A stretch of DNA of 26,015 bases. Source: Candidatus Thorarchaeota archaeon. GTDB lineage: Archaea > Asgardarchaeota > Thorarchaeia > Thorarchaeales > Thorarchaeaceae. The notes beneath the pieces were generated by a model, which was not told the origin of the DNA, did no database searches, and was given only the letters and a program-made list of their open reading frames with translations. A program made the translations under genes and the position numbers. The number at the start of each line of letters is the position of its first letter. Position 1 is the first letter of the stretch. Of this stretch, positions 8,393 to 17,447 are shown one piece after another. The stretch is taken from contig PRDH01000071.1 in the NCBI GenBank assembly GCA_003345545.1, positions 1 through 26,015 on the forward strand. The letters run 5' to 3'.

Positions 8393-8920
8393 TCATTTAT
8401 CCAGAGAAGTAATCACTATGCGAAGTCGCGAACGACCGACATCACGAATATTCTCTATGAGAATCCTGCACTTATCGAGTTCTAAGGAAAAGCACTTCTC
8501 CACGCCAAAGTACACGTTGGCCAGTTTTTCGATTTGCTTTTGCTCAGCCTCCGGTTTCTCACTCAGATAGAGGATTCTGTCTGCCGAACCCGAAAGACCC
8601 CAAATCGTAGAGATCACTGAGCTTGCCTTCTCTTTGTCAACCGGATGCGTCACTGCTTCGACAAAGCTCTTGGCCAAATCCTTGCCAAAGGGATTGATGG
8701 TCATAGGTCCGCCAATCCAATCCCGATCGAGAACAAGTGTGCCTTCATGGACTCCTTCTGATCTATCAACCTTCATTGCAACATCTATGAATTCCTGAAA
8801 ACCACCGGGTTTCAGATGGATCTCCATCATGCCACTCGATTGAGCCCTACGTCCAATCTCTGTGAAGTTGAAGAACGAAAACAGCTCTGTTTCTTTGAGC
8901 TTGCTGTACTCCAAGAGCAT
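8393..8920 (-). CDS. Hypothetical soluble protein
   Basis: 175-aa ORF with natural composition and no competing long ORF; no motif recognised. Confidence 0.7.
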   Translation of the reverse strand: MLLEYSKLKETELFSFFNFTEIGRRAQSSGMMEIHLKPGGFQEFIDVAMKVDRSEGVHEGTLVLDRDWIGGPMTINPFGKDLAKSFVEAVTHPVDKEKASSVISTIWGLSGSADRILYLSEKPEAEQKQIEKLANVYFGVEKCFSLELDKCRILIENIRDVGRSRLRIVITSLDK

Positions 8921-9101
8921 AGTCCCTTCAAGATTACGGATGGGAAAGTGACACTTTAGTCTTTCTCAAGCGTGAAAGGTGCATTTCTGCGATGGTCTGG
9001 ACTGCAAGATGGAGCAGCGTATGACCAACATCGATGATTCTCTACTCCCGGCAATCTTAGTTCCTATGCCCTTCCAACCCGGAACGCACAATTAACACTA
9101 A

Positions 9102-10043
9102 TCACTGCCCTTCGCCTTTTCGTCTTGCCTGAAGAATCTGTACGGCAGTTATTCCTATCATCAAGAGAATGAGACCTATCCAGTCTGTAAAATCGGGATA
9201 CTCTCCTAAGAACATAATCGATAGGAGGACAATCTGCGGCATCATTGTGCTGTTTATGAGGGTGGTATCAATCGCTCTCAGTTCACGCATTGCTCTGTTC
9301 CAAAGCGTAAACGCTATTGCAGTATTCACGACCGCCAACCAAAGGATGGACAACCAAGACGTTGGAGAAATGACATTGATCGTTTCAGATGCGAACCCGA
9401 ATGCTAGAAGCATCACCGAACCTATGGTCATACTAATCCCGGTGACTACGATGGCTGGCGTGTCCTGTGCTCGATTGACTGCTCGACCTATGATGGCCGA
9501 AACTGAATTTGCTGCGAGACTAATAATCCCAATCAGGAGTCCGATGACGGAAAGTCCAACCAGATCTAGAGGGTAGAAGTAGATCAGAACGCCAGCTATT
9601 CCGATGATGATAAAGAGAATCTCGAGCAGGGACGGAACTTCCCTGAGCCACGCAATCGCCATCACTAGCACAAAGATAGGCGTGAGGTTCAACAGAAGTG
9701 CGAGTGTTATAGCAGGGAGATACTTCAATGCAACGAATTGCGTTCCCTGAGTTACTGCAATGTAGATCCCACCGTAGAGGAGCAAAGCAAACCACCATCT
9801 TCTTGGCCTTCCTCGCAAGGATACTCGCGTGCTAGAACGAGCTCCAATCACGGCCAGAAGAAACACGGAAGCGATGGAGTACCTAAGTCCCGCAAAGAGC
9901 AGAGGGGGTATTTCTACAAGCCCGTATTTTATGATTACCCATGAGGTGGACCAAAGGAAAGCCACAAAGCATGCCTCAACGACAGCAATCAGTCGAGATC
10001 GTGGATTCGTTTCTTTCGATTCAGGCACAGATTCAATCAACAC
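9102..10043 (-). CDS. EamA/DMT-family transporter
   Basis: About 10 TM helices in two repeats; LWSTSWVIIKYGL..IPPLLFAGLRY, LTPIFV, AFTLWNRAM and FLGE. Confidence 0.9.
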   Translation of the reverse strand: MLIESVPESKETNPRSRLIAVVEACFVAFLWSTSWVIIKYGLVEIPPLLFAGLRYSIASVFLLAVIGARSSTRVSLRGRPRRWWFALLLYGGIYIAVTQGTQFVALKYLPAITLALLLNLTPIFVLVMAIAWLREVPSLLEILFIIIGIAGVLIYFYPLDLVGLSVIGLLIGIISLAANSVSAIIGRAVNRAQDTPAIVVTGISMTIGSVMLLAFGFASETINVISPTSWLSILWLAVVNTAIAFTLWNRAMRELRAIDTTLINSTMMPQIVLLSIMFLGEYPDFTDWIGLILLMIGITAVQILQARRKGEGQ

Positions 10044-10125
10044 TCGTGGCTCCGGGAGTATCTTGATCTATCGATAACCTAAAGTGGGGATATACCTATA
10101 CCCGTCGTAAGACGGGTGCTTAATT

Positions 10126-10788
10126 ATGATAGAAGCGATACTCCAAATCGCATCAGAAAACTACTATTCATGTGAGATTACTCGAGCCATTCCAGTCAGG
10201 GTAAGTCTCATCGCAATCAACGGACCAGAGGGATTTGGTATCATAGAATCACTTGATGGTACAGAGACCCCTCTGAAGCAATATGTCAAATTCATGAAGC
10301 GCTCAAAGAGCATTCGCGAGTTTGAGATCTCTCATCGATCTGAAACAGAGTACTGGACGAGAGCGATTCATCATATGAAGAACAAGTCGATTCACGAAAC
10401 CGTGTTGGAAAGCGGATGTATGACACGACTTCCCATCATCATTGCGGATGGAAAGCAGACACATACAATTCTTGCTCCATCGCAAGAGGAGTTCTCTAGA
10501 TTGTATGACAATCTCCGAAGAAGGTTCACCTCAGTTGTACTGGAGGGCATAGGCAGGCATCCGAGAGGTATGAGTACCAGGCTGCTGACGAGCAAGCAAG
10601 AGGAAGCGTTCAGGATTGCCTACACGAGAGGGTATTATGAGATGCCTCGCCAATGCGAGATCGAACAACTTGCTGATGATGTTGGAATCAGACGAGTTGC
10701 CTTTCAGGAACGCCTAAGACGAGCTGAGAGGACGATAATGGGGGAATTTGCTCTCTCCTCTGGCTTAACAAGCCTGAGTGAAACTTAG
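10126..10788 (+). CDS. HTH-10 (bacterio-opsin activator-type C-terminal HTH) transcriptional regulator
   Basis: LTSKQEEAFRIAYTRGYYEMPRQCEIEQLADDVGI...ERLRRAE; divergent from the EamA gene. Confidence 0.88.
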   Translation: MIEAILQIASENYYSCEITRAIPVRVSLIAINGPEGFGIIESLDGTETPLKQYVKFMKRSKSIREFEISHRSETEYWTRAIHHMKNKSIHETVLESGCMTRLPIIIADGKQTHTILAPSQEEFSRLYDNLRRRFTSVVLEGIGRHPRGMSTRLLTSKQEEAFRIAYTRGYYEMPRQCEIEQLADDVGIRRVAFQERLRRAERTIMGEFALSSGLTSLSET

Positions 10789-10830
10789 GTAAAAGTGAAA
10801 TACCTCAGTGTTCATGGTTGCACGATTGCT

Positions 10831-11313
10831 ATGGTCGATTCAGAATATTCGCACGACAAGAAAGTGGAGAAGGTTGATGCCGATATCAGGACGTTCAAGA
10901 CGGACCTTCAGAGGGAAGAGATGGAACTAGAGGGACTTGAGTCGAAACTTGACGCTGAGCTAGCGCCACATGCAGCGGCAGTCAGCTCAAAGAGAGAGGC
11001 ATACGAGTCTCTCAGAAGTCGATTGAAATCTGTTGAGCAAGAATGGCGAGATGCAGAGAGAAAATACGAAGAGCAGTTGAAGCGAAGAAACAAGACTGCA
11101 TCGGACAAGAAGAAAACAATTGAGGTTCTTAAAACACGCATCAAGGACGCTGAGAAAGTCAAGGAGAAACGCTTCCGTGAACTCGACAAGGAAAAAGAGA
11201 GGCTTGTTGAGAGAGCCAAGAAAGATAAGGCCAGAGAGATGGAGGAGCAAAAGGCACGCGAGATAGATCGCGTTGAAGAAGAGAAGCGTAGGGAACTAGG
11301 ACTAGACAAATAG
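10831..11313 (+). CDS. Highly charged coiled-coil / single-alpha-helix protein
   Basis: Very E/K/R-rich, with heptads in the first two-thirds and ER/K runs at the C-terminus. ATG 10831 preferred over GTG 10795. Confidence 0.75.
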   Translation: MVDSEYSHDKKVEKVDADIRTFKTDLQREEMELEGLESKLDAELAPHAAAVSSKREAYESLRSRLKSVEQEWRDAERKYEEQLKRRNKTASDKKKTIEVLKTRIKDAEKVKEKRFRELDKEKERLVERAKKDKAREMEEQKAREIDRVEEEKRRELGLDK

Positions 11314-11341
11314 GGTTTCAAGAAACAGGGGAGAGCACGCT

Positions 11342-12334
11342 TTGAACGCATACTTCATGATTGTGATATTAGGTGTAGGTCTTTTCTTCCTGGTCTGGGC
11401 ACTGGGATGGCTGCTCGAGAAACTCTCACATACTCTACTTAGAACAACACAAGAACCAGGAACACGATCATGGTTCATGTTGGTAGGGCCTGGTGTTGCA
11501 TTACACGAAACATCGCACTTTCTCGGATGCAAAGTCACAAGAACAGAGGTTGTGGAATTCAAGCCCATCAACATTGAAGTTCAAGGAGACCAGGTCATTC
11601 TTGGTTATGTGAAGTATCACAAACCCACGAGTAGTCTCAAAAATGCGATCATCAACCTTGCTCCAGTCATGGTTTCACTTCTACTTCTGATTGTCTTTGC
11701 TCTTGGTGCTACCTATTTTGTTCCAATTTCACCCGGGCTTGGCGGCGATGCCCTAGAATTGATTAGTAACCTAATCGGAGCTAAGGCCAATCCTGACTCA
11801 TTCTATCCATTCGCTTTGATTGGTGGCTTTGTCTACCAGTTCCTTTACACTTTCTCAGAACTCACAGTAATCAATCCAGTGTTCTGGATTGTAGCGTTTC
11901 TAGCAATGACAATAATGTTCTCAAATGCTCCTTCAGGAGCTGACATTCGTAACGCTTCTACGGGATTGAAAGCCATTATCCTGTTCAATCTTATCTGGCT
12001 CGCCATTGCGTATCTTCTGCCTGATGCTGGGTGGCTTTTGTTCGGTCTATATGAGACCCTTGCAGTCTTTTTTTCACTCTCGCTTGCCTTTGCGGCTGTT
12101 GGCTACGGCTTCTTTATTCTGATTGCAGCAATGTCGAAACTGAGGTCGCCATGGCAGGTCATACCGTTCGTCGCCAGCCTAGCGACTGGAGGTATACTCT
12201 TGTATCTCACAAGCACGGGGATTCTGAGCCTTGCAGCCTTTACATTGGCTTTGCAGACAATTATATCTCTGGGAGTATTCATAGGCGTTACCCTCCTCAT
12301 GCTTTTGATACGGCCCTTGGGAAGGTCTCAGTAA
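11342..12334 (+). CDS. Membrane-embedded HExxH metalloprotease-like protein (M50/zincin-like)
   Basis: PGVALHETSH, LGYV, INLAP and APSGADI; 8 or more hydrophobic helices; TTG start after GGGGAG. Confidence 0.75.
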   Translation: MNAYFMIVILGVGLFFLVWALGWLLEKLSHTLLRTTQEPGTRSWFMLVGPGVALHETSHFLGCKVTRTEVVEFKPINIEVQGDQVILGYVKYHKPTSSLKNAIINLAPVMVSLLLLIVFALGATYFVPISPGLGGDALELISNLIGAKANPDSFYPFALIGGFVYQFLYTFSELTVINPVFWIVAFLAMTIMFSNAPSGADIRNASTGLKAIILFNLIWLAIAYLLPDAGWLLFGLYETLAVFFSLSLAFAAVGYGFFILIAAMSKLRSPWQVIPFVASLATGGILLYLTSTGILSLAAFTLALQTIISLGVFIGVTLLMLLIRPLGRSQ

Positions 12335-12382
12335 TACCCACTATCTTATTGGTCTGGACGACCCAGTACACAGGTTCTGAGT

Positions 12383-12730
12383 ATGGCAAAGATTGAGTTG
12401 GTCCGCAGACCCTCTTTGATAAGTCCGAAGCATCTCTTGCGCTATGTCTTTTTTACGGAGATGCAAGTTGAGCAAGCAGCCAAGATACTGAATACACTAA
12501 TCGCCAATGATGGGAAGATGCCCGACACTGATTGGGAAAGATTTGTGTTATCAAGCAGGGGTCTCTATGTCAAGGTCATGAGAAAGCTACGAGATGTTGG
12601 CATGGTGGAGAAGAAGATGGGCTACTTCAGCATTTGTGAGGATTTCTCGCATGCCGTCACAAAGCTAGCAGAATATTGGACCCAGATTGTGCAGTCCCAT
12701 ACGGAAGGGGACAAAGGGATACAATTCTAA
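12383..12730 (+). CDS. Small winged-helix-like protein
   Basis: 115 aa; SRGLYVKVMRKLRDVGMVEKKMGYFSI fits a recognition helix plus wing; basic. Confidence 0.65.
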   Translation: MAKIELVRRPSLISPKHLLRYVFFTEMQVEQAAKILNTLIANDGKMPDTDWERFVLSSRGLYVKVMRKLRDVGMVEKKMGYFSICEDFSHAVTKLAEYWTQIVQSHTEGDKGIQF

Positions 12731-14307
12731 TCGAGCTTGACTTCTCCCTCTTTGATCTTCAACTTACGAAGTGTTGAGAGTACCTTATCTCCTTGTATCT
12801 TTAGGACACCCAGTTTTTCGAGCTCGCGGGCATACTTTGTGGCCAATCCCACGGGAGTACCCAAGGACTTGCCGAGCTCTGTAAACGATATTGAGCCAAC
12901 TTCATCTACAAGCAAAAGAACTTTGGTATTGTTCTCCATTCCGAGGACTTGTATATACCTCTGGGTACGTTCATCAGAGATGTCTCGCTGCTCAAGCGCA
13001 ATGTCACGCTCCTTCTCCATAAGACGCGTGGCTTTCTCGAAGGCTTCCTTCTGCATTTCAATGATAGGAATCTTCTCTTTCGTTTCCTTCAATTCCCTAT
13101 CCAAAGAGTGTATCTTTTCATCGAGGCTCTTAACCTCAGTTATTCTTTCCTGCATGGAATCCAGTTCTTTCAGGTGTGATTTTGCCTGCTTCTCAGCAGC
13201 AGTCTTTTCAGCAAGCGCATCCTTGACTTTCAGTTCAAGTTCCTTAATCCTTGCAACTGACGCATCGGCCTGCTTTCTCTTTTCTTCGAGTGTGTTTTCA
13301 AGGAGTACTACCTTGGACTTCATGGCTTCGCTTTCAGCCACTGACTTCTCGGACCGAGGTTTTGCAACCGCTGCTTCGGCCTTGTATCGACCAACTTGAG
13401 TTTCATACTCCCCGACCTGAATTCGCAGTTCTTCAATCTCACCCTTGGCATTCTCGAGATCCTTTGATCGTGCGTCAACCATTGCATCTTTGATGAGTAG
13501 GTCATCTCTGAAAGATCTCACTTGCCCATCGAGGTCCGCAATCCTTCGCTCATACTCCGCAGTTGTGGCACTAGCTTGTCGATCCTCGGTGATTCTACTC
13601 TGGAGATTTCTTACTTCCAAGTCCATTTTCGTCAATTCTGCCTGCTTCTCGGCGAGCTCCAACCTCTGAGCAGCAGTTTCTTCTTCTAGGCTCTGCATAA
13701 AAGATCGAACAACGTCTTGTTGTTCAACAATGGTACTACGAAGGTCGACTTCAGATTCCCGAACCCTCTGGGCGAATTCTTTGAAGCGCTCTTGGGTCTG
13801 CTCCACAATCTTGTCCACTAGTTCCTTCTCAAGCGCTGCGAATTCATTATCAACGATATCGACGAAAGTTGTTTCGATGAATTGCTTGAAGAACTTCATT
13901 CTAAGCCTTTCAACCATCTCTTCAGAGATGCGTGATTTGAGCTCGACAACTTTTCCTCTGAATGTGAGTAGCTGTGCTGCAAAGACGCCTACAACACCCC
14001 TTTGCAGTTGGGAAATATCAGAACGCAATGTTTCCAACTTCGCCAGAAGAGCATCGAACCCTGCGACTGCATCGCTGCCACCACGTCGCTCAACTGGTGC
14101 GGTGGTTTCAAGTCCTTCTACAAAGTTGAGGGCGAGGGCCGCAGCATCGATAAGTTCTCCACCGTCTTCAACGGACCTAATAGTTTCCCCAGATTCGTCA
14201 ACTCCCACAGCCATTCGCTCCAATTCAGCATCGGAGAGAGCCGCGCTCTTTAGGGCCTCTTGCAGAGCATCTTTTTCCTTGTCGGTGAGCTTCTTATCCG
14301 AAGACAT
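12727..14307 (-). CDS. Long coiled-coil protein with C-terminal winged-helix domain
   Basis: About 370 aa of heptad-rich helix. The last 70 aa (KVLLLVDEVGSISFTELGKSLG...KYARELEKLGVLKIQGDKV) fit a wHTH. No Walker motifs or TM helix. Confidence 0.85.
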   Translation of the reverse strand: MSSDKKLTDKEKDALQEALKSAALSDAELERMAVGVDESGETIRSVEDGGELIDAAALALNFVEGLETTAPVERRGGSDAVAGFDALLAKLETLRSDISQLQRGVVGVFAAQLLTFRGKVVELKSRISEEMVERLRMKFFKQFIETTFVDIVDNEFAALEKELVDKIVEQTQERFKEFAQRVRESEVDLRSTIVEQQDVVRSFMQSLEEETAAQRLELAEKQAELTKMDLEVRNLQSRITEDRQASATTAEYERRIADLDGQVRSFRDDLLIKDAMVDARSKDLENAKGEIEELRIQVGEYETQVGRYKAEAAVAKPRSEKSVAESEAMKSKVVLLENTLEEKRKQADASVARIKELELKVKDALAEKTAAEKQAKSHLKELDSMQERITEVKSLDEKIHSLDRELKETKEKIPIIEMQKEAFEKATRLMEKERDIALEQRDISDERTQRYIQVLGMENNTKVLLLVDEVGSISFTELGKSLGTPVGLATKYARELEKLGVLKIQGDKVLSTLRKLKIKEGEVKLD

Positions 14308-14352
14308 TATAGAATCGCCTGAACCGTGATAGGTCTGTACAGTGCAGGGACA

Positions 14353-14368
14353 CTATAAAGTTTTGCCG
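14353..14368 (-). promoter_or_regulatory. BRE + TATA box of the coiled-coil gene
   Basis: Minus strand reads CGGCAAAA-CTTTATAG, about 45 nt upstream of ATG 14307; SD-like AGGCGA lies between. Confidence 0.55.
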
Positions 14369-14439
14369 ATAAATCTAGCGCGGTTAAACTAGCAGGACTG
14401 TTAGAAAGAAGGCCATGCCTGACGGATACTTCGCATTTT

Positions 14440-15195
14440 TCACTTTGCTGTGAACAAGAGAAGTGTATAATGCCCCAGACGACTCATTGTTCCTGGCTCT
14501 GCATCCTTCTCGACGAACGTGACTTCCTTTGTAGACAAATCAACATCGAATCCCTCGAGAAACTCAAAACCGGATTTCTCCAGCGCTGCAACGTTGTTCA
14601 AGACATAGAGAGAACAAGGCATAGTCACTGCCAAGAGACCCCCTGTGCGTATCGAACTGCGAACCTTCTGAAGGCCAACTATAACATCACTATGAGTCTG
14701 GTAGTATTCCAGCATGTAGCCAATTATGTCGTTATTGAGTACACCCAGGTCAAAACATTCCGGAGGAAAGCGATTTTCTTCAATCAGGAAATCATCAAGC
14801 CATATCGCTGTGTCTGGGTGTTCTTGAATGAACTCAGTCATTGCAGGTCTCATCGCTGCATCTTGATCCATTGACTCTATCTTCGCACGCACAACCCTTG
14901 CTCTGTCCAAGAGATGAGATTCCTCATGTTTCCCCAACAGACTATCCAATCGGAGACTATGCAAATCTATACTGTAGACATAGACTTTACCTATCGATTC
15001 ATCTTGAAGCCCGAGGAGTCTAGGGAGATGCCTAATGAAGAACGAGGGGACTCTATCATGCTCTCCTGAGGCGAAATCTGCTATAGTGATATCCTTTTTC
15101 GCTTCTTTGAACAACTTCGTCATGAAGTCAGTGAATGCAGGACTAACTGTAATCCAGGAAATAGGATACACGAAGTGAATTTCGTTGTCTTCCAT
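14440..15195 (-). CDS. Class I SAM-dependent methyltransferase-like protein
   Basis: Motif-I-like TIADFASG, VYSIDL, FDLGVLN, IRTGGLLAVT and LEKSGFE. ATG 15195 preferred (track start 15222). Substrate unknown. Confidence 0.65.
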   Translation of the reverse strand: MEDNEIHFVYPISWITVSPAFTDFMTKLFKEAKKDITIADFASGEHDRVPSFFIRHLPRLLGLQDESIGKVYVYSIDLHSLRLDSLLGKHEESHLLDRARVVRAKIESMDQDAAMRPAMTEFIQEHPDTAIWLDDFLIEENRFPPECFDLGVLNNDIIGYMLEYYQTHSDVIVGLQKVRSSIRTGGLLAVTMPCSLYVLNNVAALEKSGFEFLEGFDVDLSTKEVTFVEKDAEPGTMSRLGHYTLLLFTAK

Positions 15196-15475
15196 CTTGA
15201 AACAACCGACTTGAGAATGCAACTATAATTACGTTTCCATGGTGCTCATGTTATTCTCTACTGCGAGATTCTTCACGTTCCACCGATGTGCAAAACAACT
15301 TATCAGGTATTCTAAAGGAGCCTCAGAAGGTTCATCGGCCCTTATGGCGGTCTGATGAGCATCTCCTCATCCAGTATCAAGAGAGAACAGAGTCGATTCC
15401 TCATTCCAATGCCATATATTGAGCAAAGCTTAATCAGTAATATAGAGTATGTTGATGATACCTGAGGTGAGGTCA

Positions 15476-16504
15476 TTGCGTACTTGCGACAAGTGTGGGA
15501 AAGCTAATGAGCCTACACGAAAATTCTGCATTAGATGTGGAGCATCTCTAATCAAGCCGGAAAAACCTCGAACTCCATCTGCCCCTGCGAAGTCGGCAGT
15601 CCCTGAAACGGGACGAACAACTATCGGATCCAGGGAGCGTTCCAGTGCTGGCTCAGGAGAGGCATCGCCTCCTGCAACTCAGGATAGATTCATTAGGCCT
15701 AGCGAGGTAAGTAAGGACCGTGTTCGAACCGCGGGAGCTTCAAAACACAAGTCAGAGCTCGACAAAGCACGAGAAGCCTTTGCAAAGGCAGAATCCGTGG
15801 GTATCGATGAAGCAGATGGATCAGGAATCGTTGAAACCCGAATGCTTCGAGCAAGTGAGGTACGAGAACTATTAGAAGGGCCAGGCGCGATGGCAGGCAG
15901 TGACGAAGTCCCCGCGCCGCGCATGATGGAAGGTAGTGAACCCTTACCCCCTGAGGCAGAGGGCATGATGGCTCCCTCTGCTCCAACATCGTCGCAGTTG
16001 GAGGAGTCTATACTTGGTTCCAAGTCTGCATTTGTTGAGAAGCAGGGTCATGGAACGAAACATTTGTCTTCCGACACGCCCCAGGAACAGAGCCGAGTGT
16101 CGCCGAGCCTTTCTGCTGACTTCTCTTCGTCAAGGTATGACCAAGAGGGAGAGAAATCCCAGAACGTTGAAGATGCCGGAGAGATTGCATGGTCTTCGCC
16201 AGAGGAACCGGCAGCATCTGCAAAACCCTCTAAACAGGTAGTCGACGAGGCGGTAGACCTGGTCATCACTTGCCCGGACTGTGGCAAGACCATCAATGTC
16301 GACATGTTCGAGTACCCTCGAGAAGTGTACAGTGCCATGGCAGCTGCACGCATGAAACAGGCTAGATTCTTCATTGTTCAGGGCAAGGGAGATGAGGCAC
16401 TCCGTGTTGTCAAAATTGCCTATGCGCTCTATAACAAAGCTGGAGACAAAGTAGGTATTCAGGAAATCAGGAAGCTCATAGACACCCTCGCAAAGAGAGT
16501 CTAG
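15476..16504 (+). CDS. Zn-ribbon protein with long disordered linker, lone CxxC and C-terminal TPR-like helices
   Basis: CDKC-x10-CIRC at the N-terminus, about 230 aa rich in S/E/P/A, CPDC, then a helical hairpin. TTG 15476 follows a perfect GAGGTGA SD. Confidence 0.8.
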   Translation: MRTCDKCGKANEPTRKFCIRCGASLIKPEKPRTPSAPAKSAVPETGRTTIGSRERSSAGSGEASPPATQDRFIRPSEVSKDRVRTAGASKHKSELDKAREAFAKAESVGIDEADGSGIVETRMLRASEVRELLEGPGAMAGSDEVPAPRMMEGSEPLPPEAEGMMAPSAPTSSQLEESILGSKSAFVEKQGHGTKHLSSDTPQEQSRVSPSLSADFSSSRYDQEGEKSQNVEDAGEIAWSSPEEPAASAKPSKQVVDEAVDLVITCPDCGKTINVDMFEYPREVYSAMAAARMKQARFFIVQGKGDEALRVVKIAYALYNKAGDKVGIQEIRKLIDTLAKRV

Positions 16505-17292
16505 GCTGATTTCCAAAGGGCAAGGAACTTCCTGCGTTCTTCCAGAAATGCGCTGGGATCAGAGCAGCCCATCAGGAAGCGAGCATCATACTGATACTCT
16601 TTTAGAGATGCGAAGATATGGACAAAGTCGAGTTTTCCCTCACCTATGGGCATATGTTCGTCACATTGCCGACCCAATTCTCGTAATTCCTCTCTGGAGA
16701 TGGAGGCAAGCGACCTACTGCTCAGTACCTCTCTATATCTGTCGCCCGCGTTATTATCATGAACATTCACCATCTCAATGTGATTCTGGAAAGTCTCGAT
16801 ATGTCCCAGAGCTCGATTCTGCATGGAGAGGATTTGCCCGTGTCCGATATCAAGAACCAGTCGTACCTCAGGGAATTGGTCGAAGAACAGCGTTAGCTCT
16901 GTGAAGCTGTGGCACAGAGTTTCGACAGCGAGGGTAACTCCCGATTCTCTAGCCGCATCGTAGGCAAGAGGGAAAGATTCCAGAAAATCATCAATTACCT
17001 CATCGCTATAGAAGAGTGACGAAAGTGGAGAGTGAAATGTCACTAACTCAGCTTCAATTGTTCCGCCTAGTTCAAGGTATGGGACAATGTCGCGGCTGAT
17101 ATCAATGGGCTCCCACTCAGGATTGCTCGGTAGATGCAGAGTGCAGGTAACGCCTGCTTTGCTCAAGGCAGGTTTCACCAGAGAGAAATCAAACGTGTGT
17201 TCATAGTCTAGCCTGAGATCAACGAAATCAGGATTGCTTTCTAGACCCCGGATGACTTGTTCAGTGGTGCGAGCAAAGGTTCCAATCTGCAT
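16501..17292 (-). CDS. Sugar phosphate isomerase/epimerase (xylose isomerase-like / AP endonuclease 2 TIM barrel)
   Basis: TLHLP, VTFH, LAVET, LDIGH, VHDN and DEHMPIGEGKLDF. ATG 17292 gives a family-typical 263 aa (track start 17418). Confidence 0.8.
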   Translation of the reverse strand: MQIGTFARTTEQVIRGLESNPDFVDLRLDYEHTFDFSLVKPALSKAGVTCTLHLPSNPEWEPIDISRDIVPYLELGGTIEAELVTFHSPLSSLFYSDEVIDDFLESFPLAYDAARESGVTLAVETLCHSFTELTLFFDQFPEVRLVLDIGHGQILSMQNRALGHIETFQNHIEMVNVHDNNAGDRYREVLSSRSLASISREELRELGRQCDEHMPIGEGKLDFVHIFASLKEYQYDARFLMGCSDPSAFLEERRKFLALWKSA

Positions 17293-17420
17293 CTTCTCGA
17301 CCTGCCCATTTAGGCTGCCACTTCCACTTTTTTGGCTTTTGGTGAGAGTTATGAGTACTGGAGGATTCTCTCTGCCAGCCTCATTGAGGGCGATAGTGTT
17401 ATTAGATGATTGGCTCAAAC

Positions 17421-17433
17421 AACGAAATATAAC
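17421..17433 (+). promoter_or_regulatory. Putative BRE/TATA for the small GTPase pair
   Basis: AACGAA-ATATAAC just upstream of the first GTPase gene. Confidence 0.4.
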
Positions 17434-17447
17434 GCTTCAAGTGGGGT

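Noticed and set aside
8921-9101. 181-nt intergenic region with a possible ~38-codon ORF (VHFCDGLDCKMEQ...)
   Set aside because: No motif or other coding support; may simply hold promoter and terminator sequence.
12727-14307. SMC/Rad50 or chromosome segregation ATPase label
   Set aside because: No Walker A/B, signature motif, hinge or Zn hook.
12737-14329. Long antisense ORFs (220 and 199 aa) opposite the coiled-coil gene, and the 147-aa ORF opposite 10831-11313
   Set aside because: Ser/Phe/Leu-rich mirror translations of E/K-rich genes; typical shadow ORFs.
15312-15400. Hairpin TCATCGGCC...GGTCTGATGA containing CTGATGAG, suggestive of a hammerhead ribozyme or fluoride riboswitch
   Set aside because: No downstream GAAA core or stem II, and no GGCGATGG-type 5' element; insufficient for an ncRNA call.
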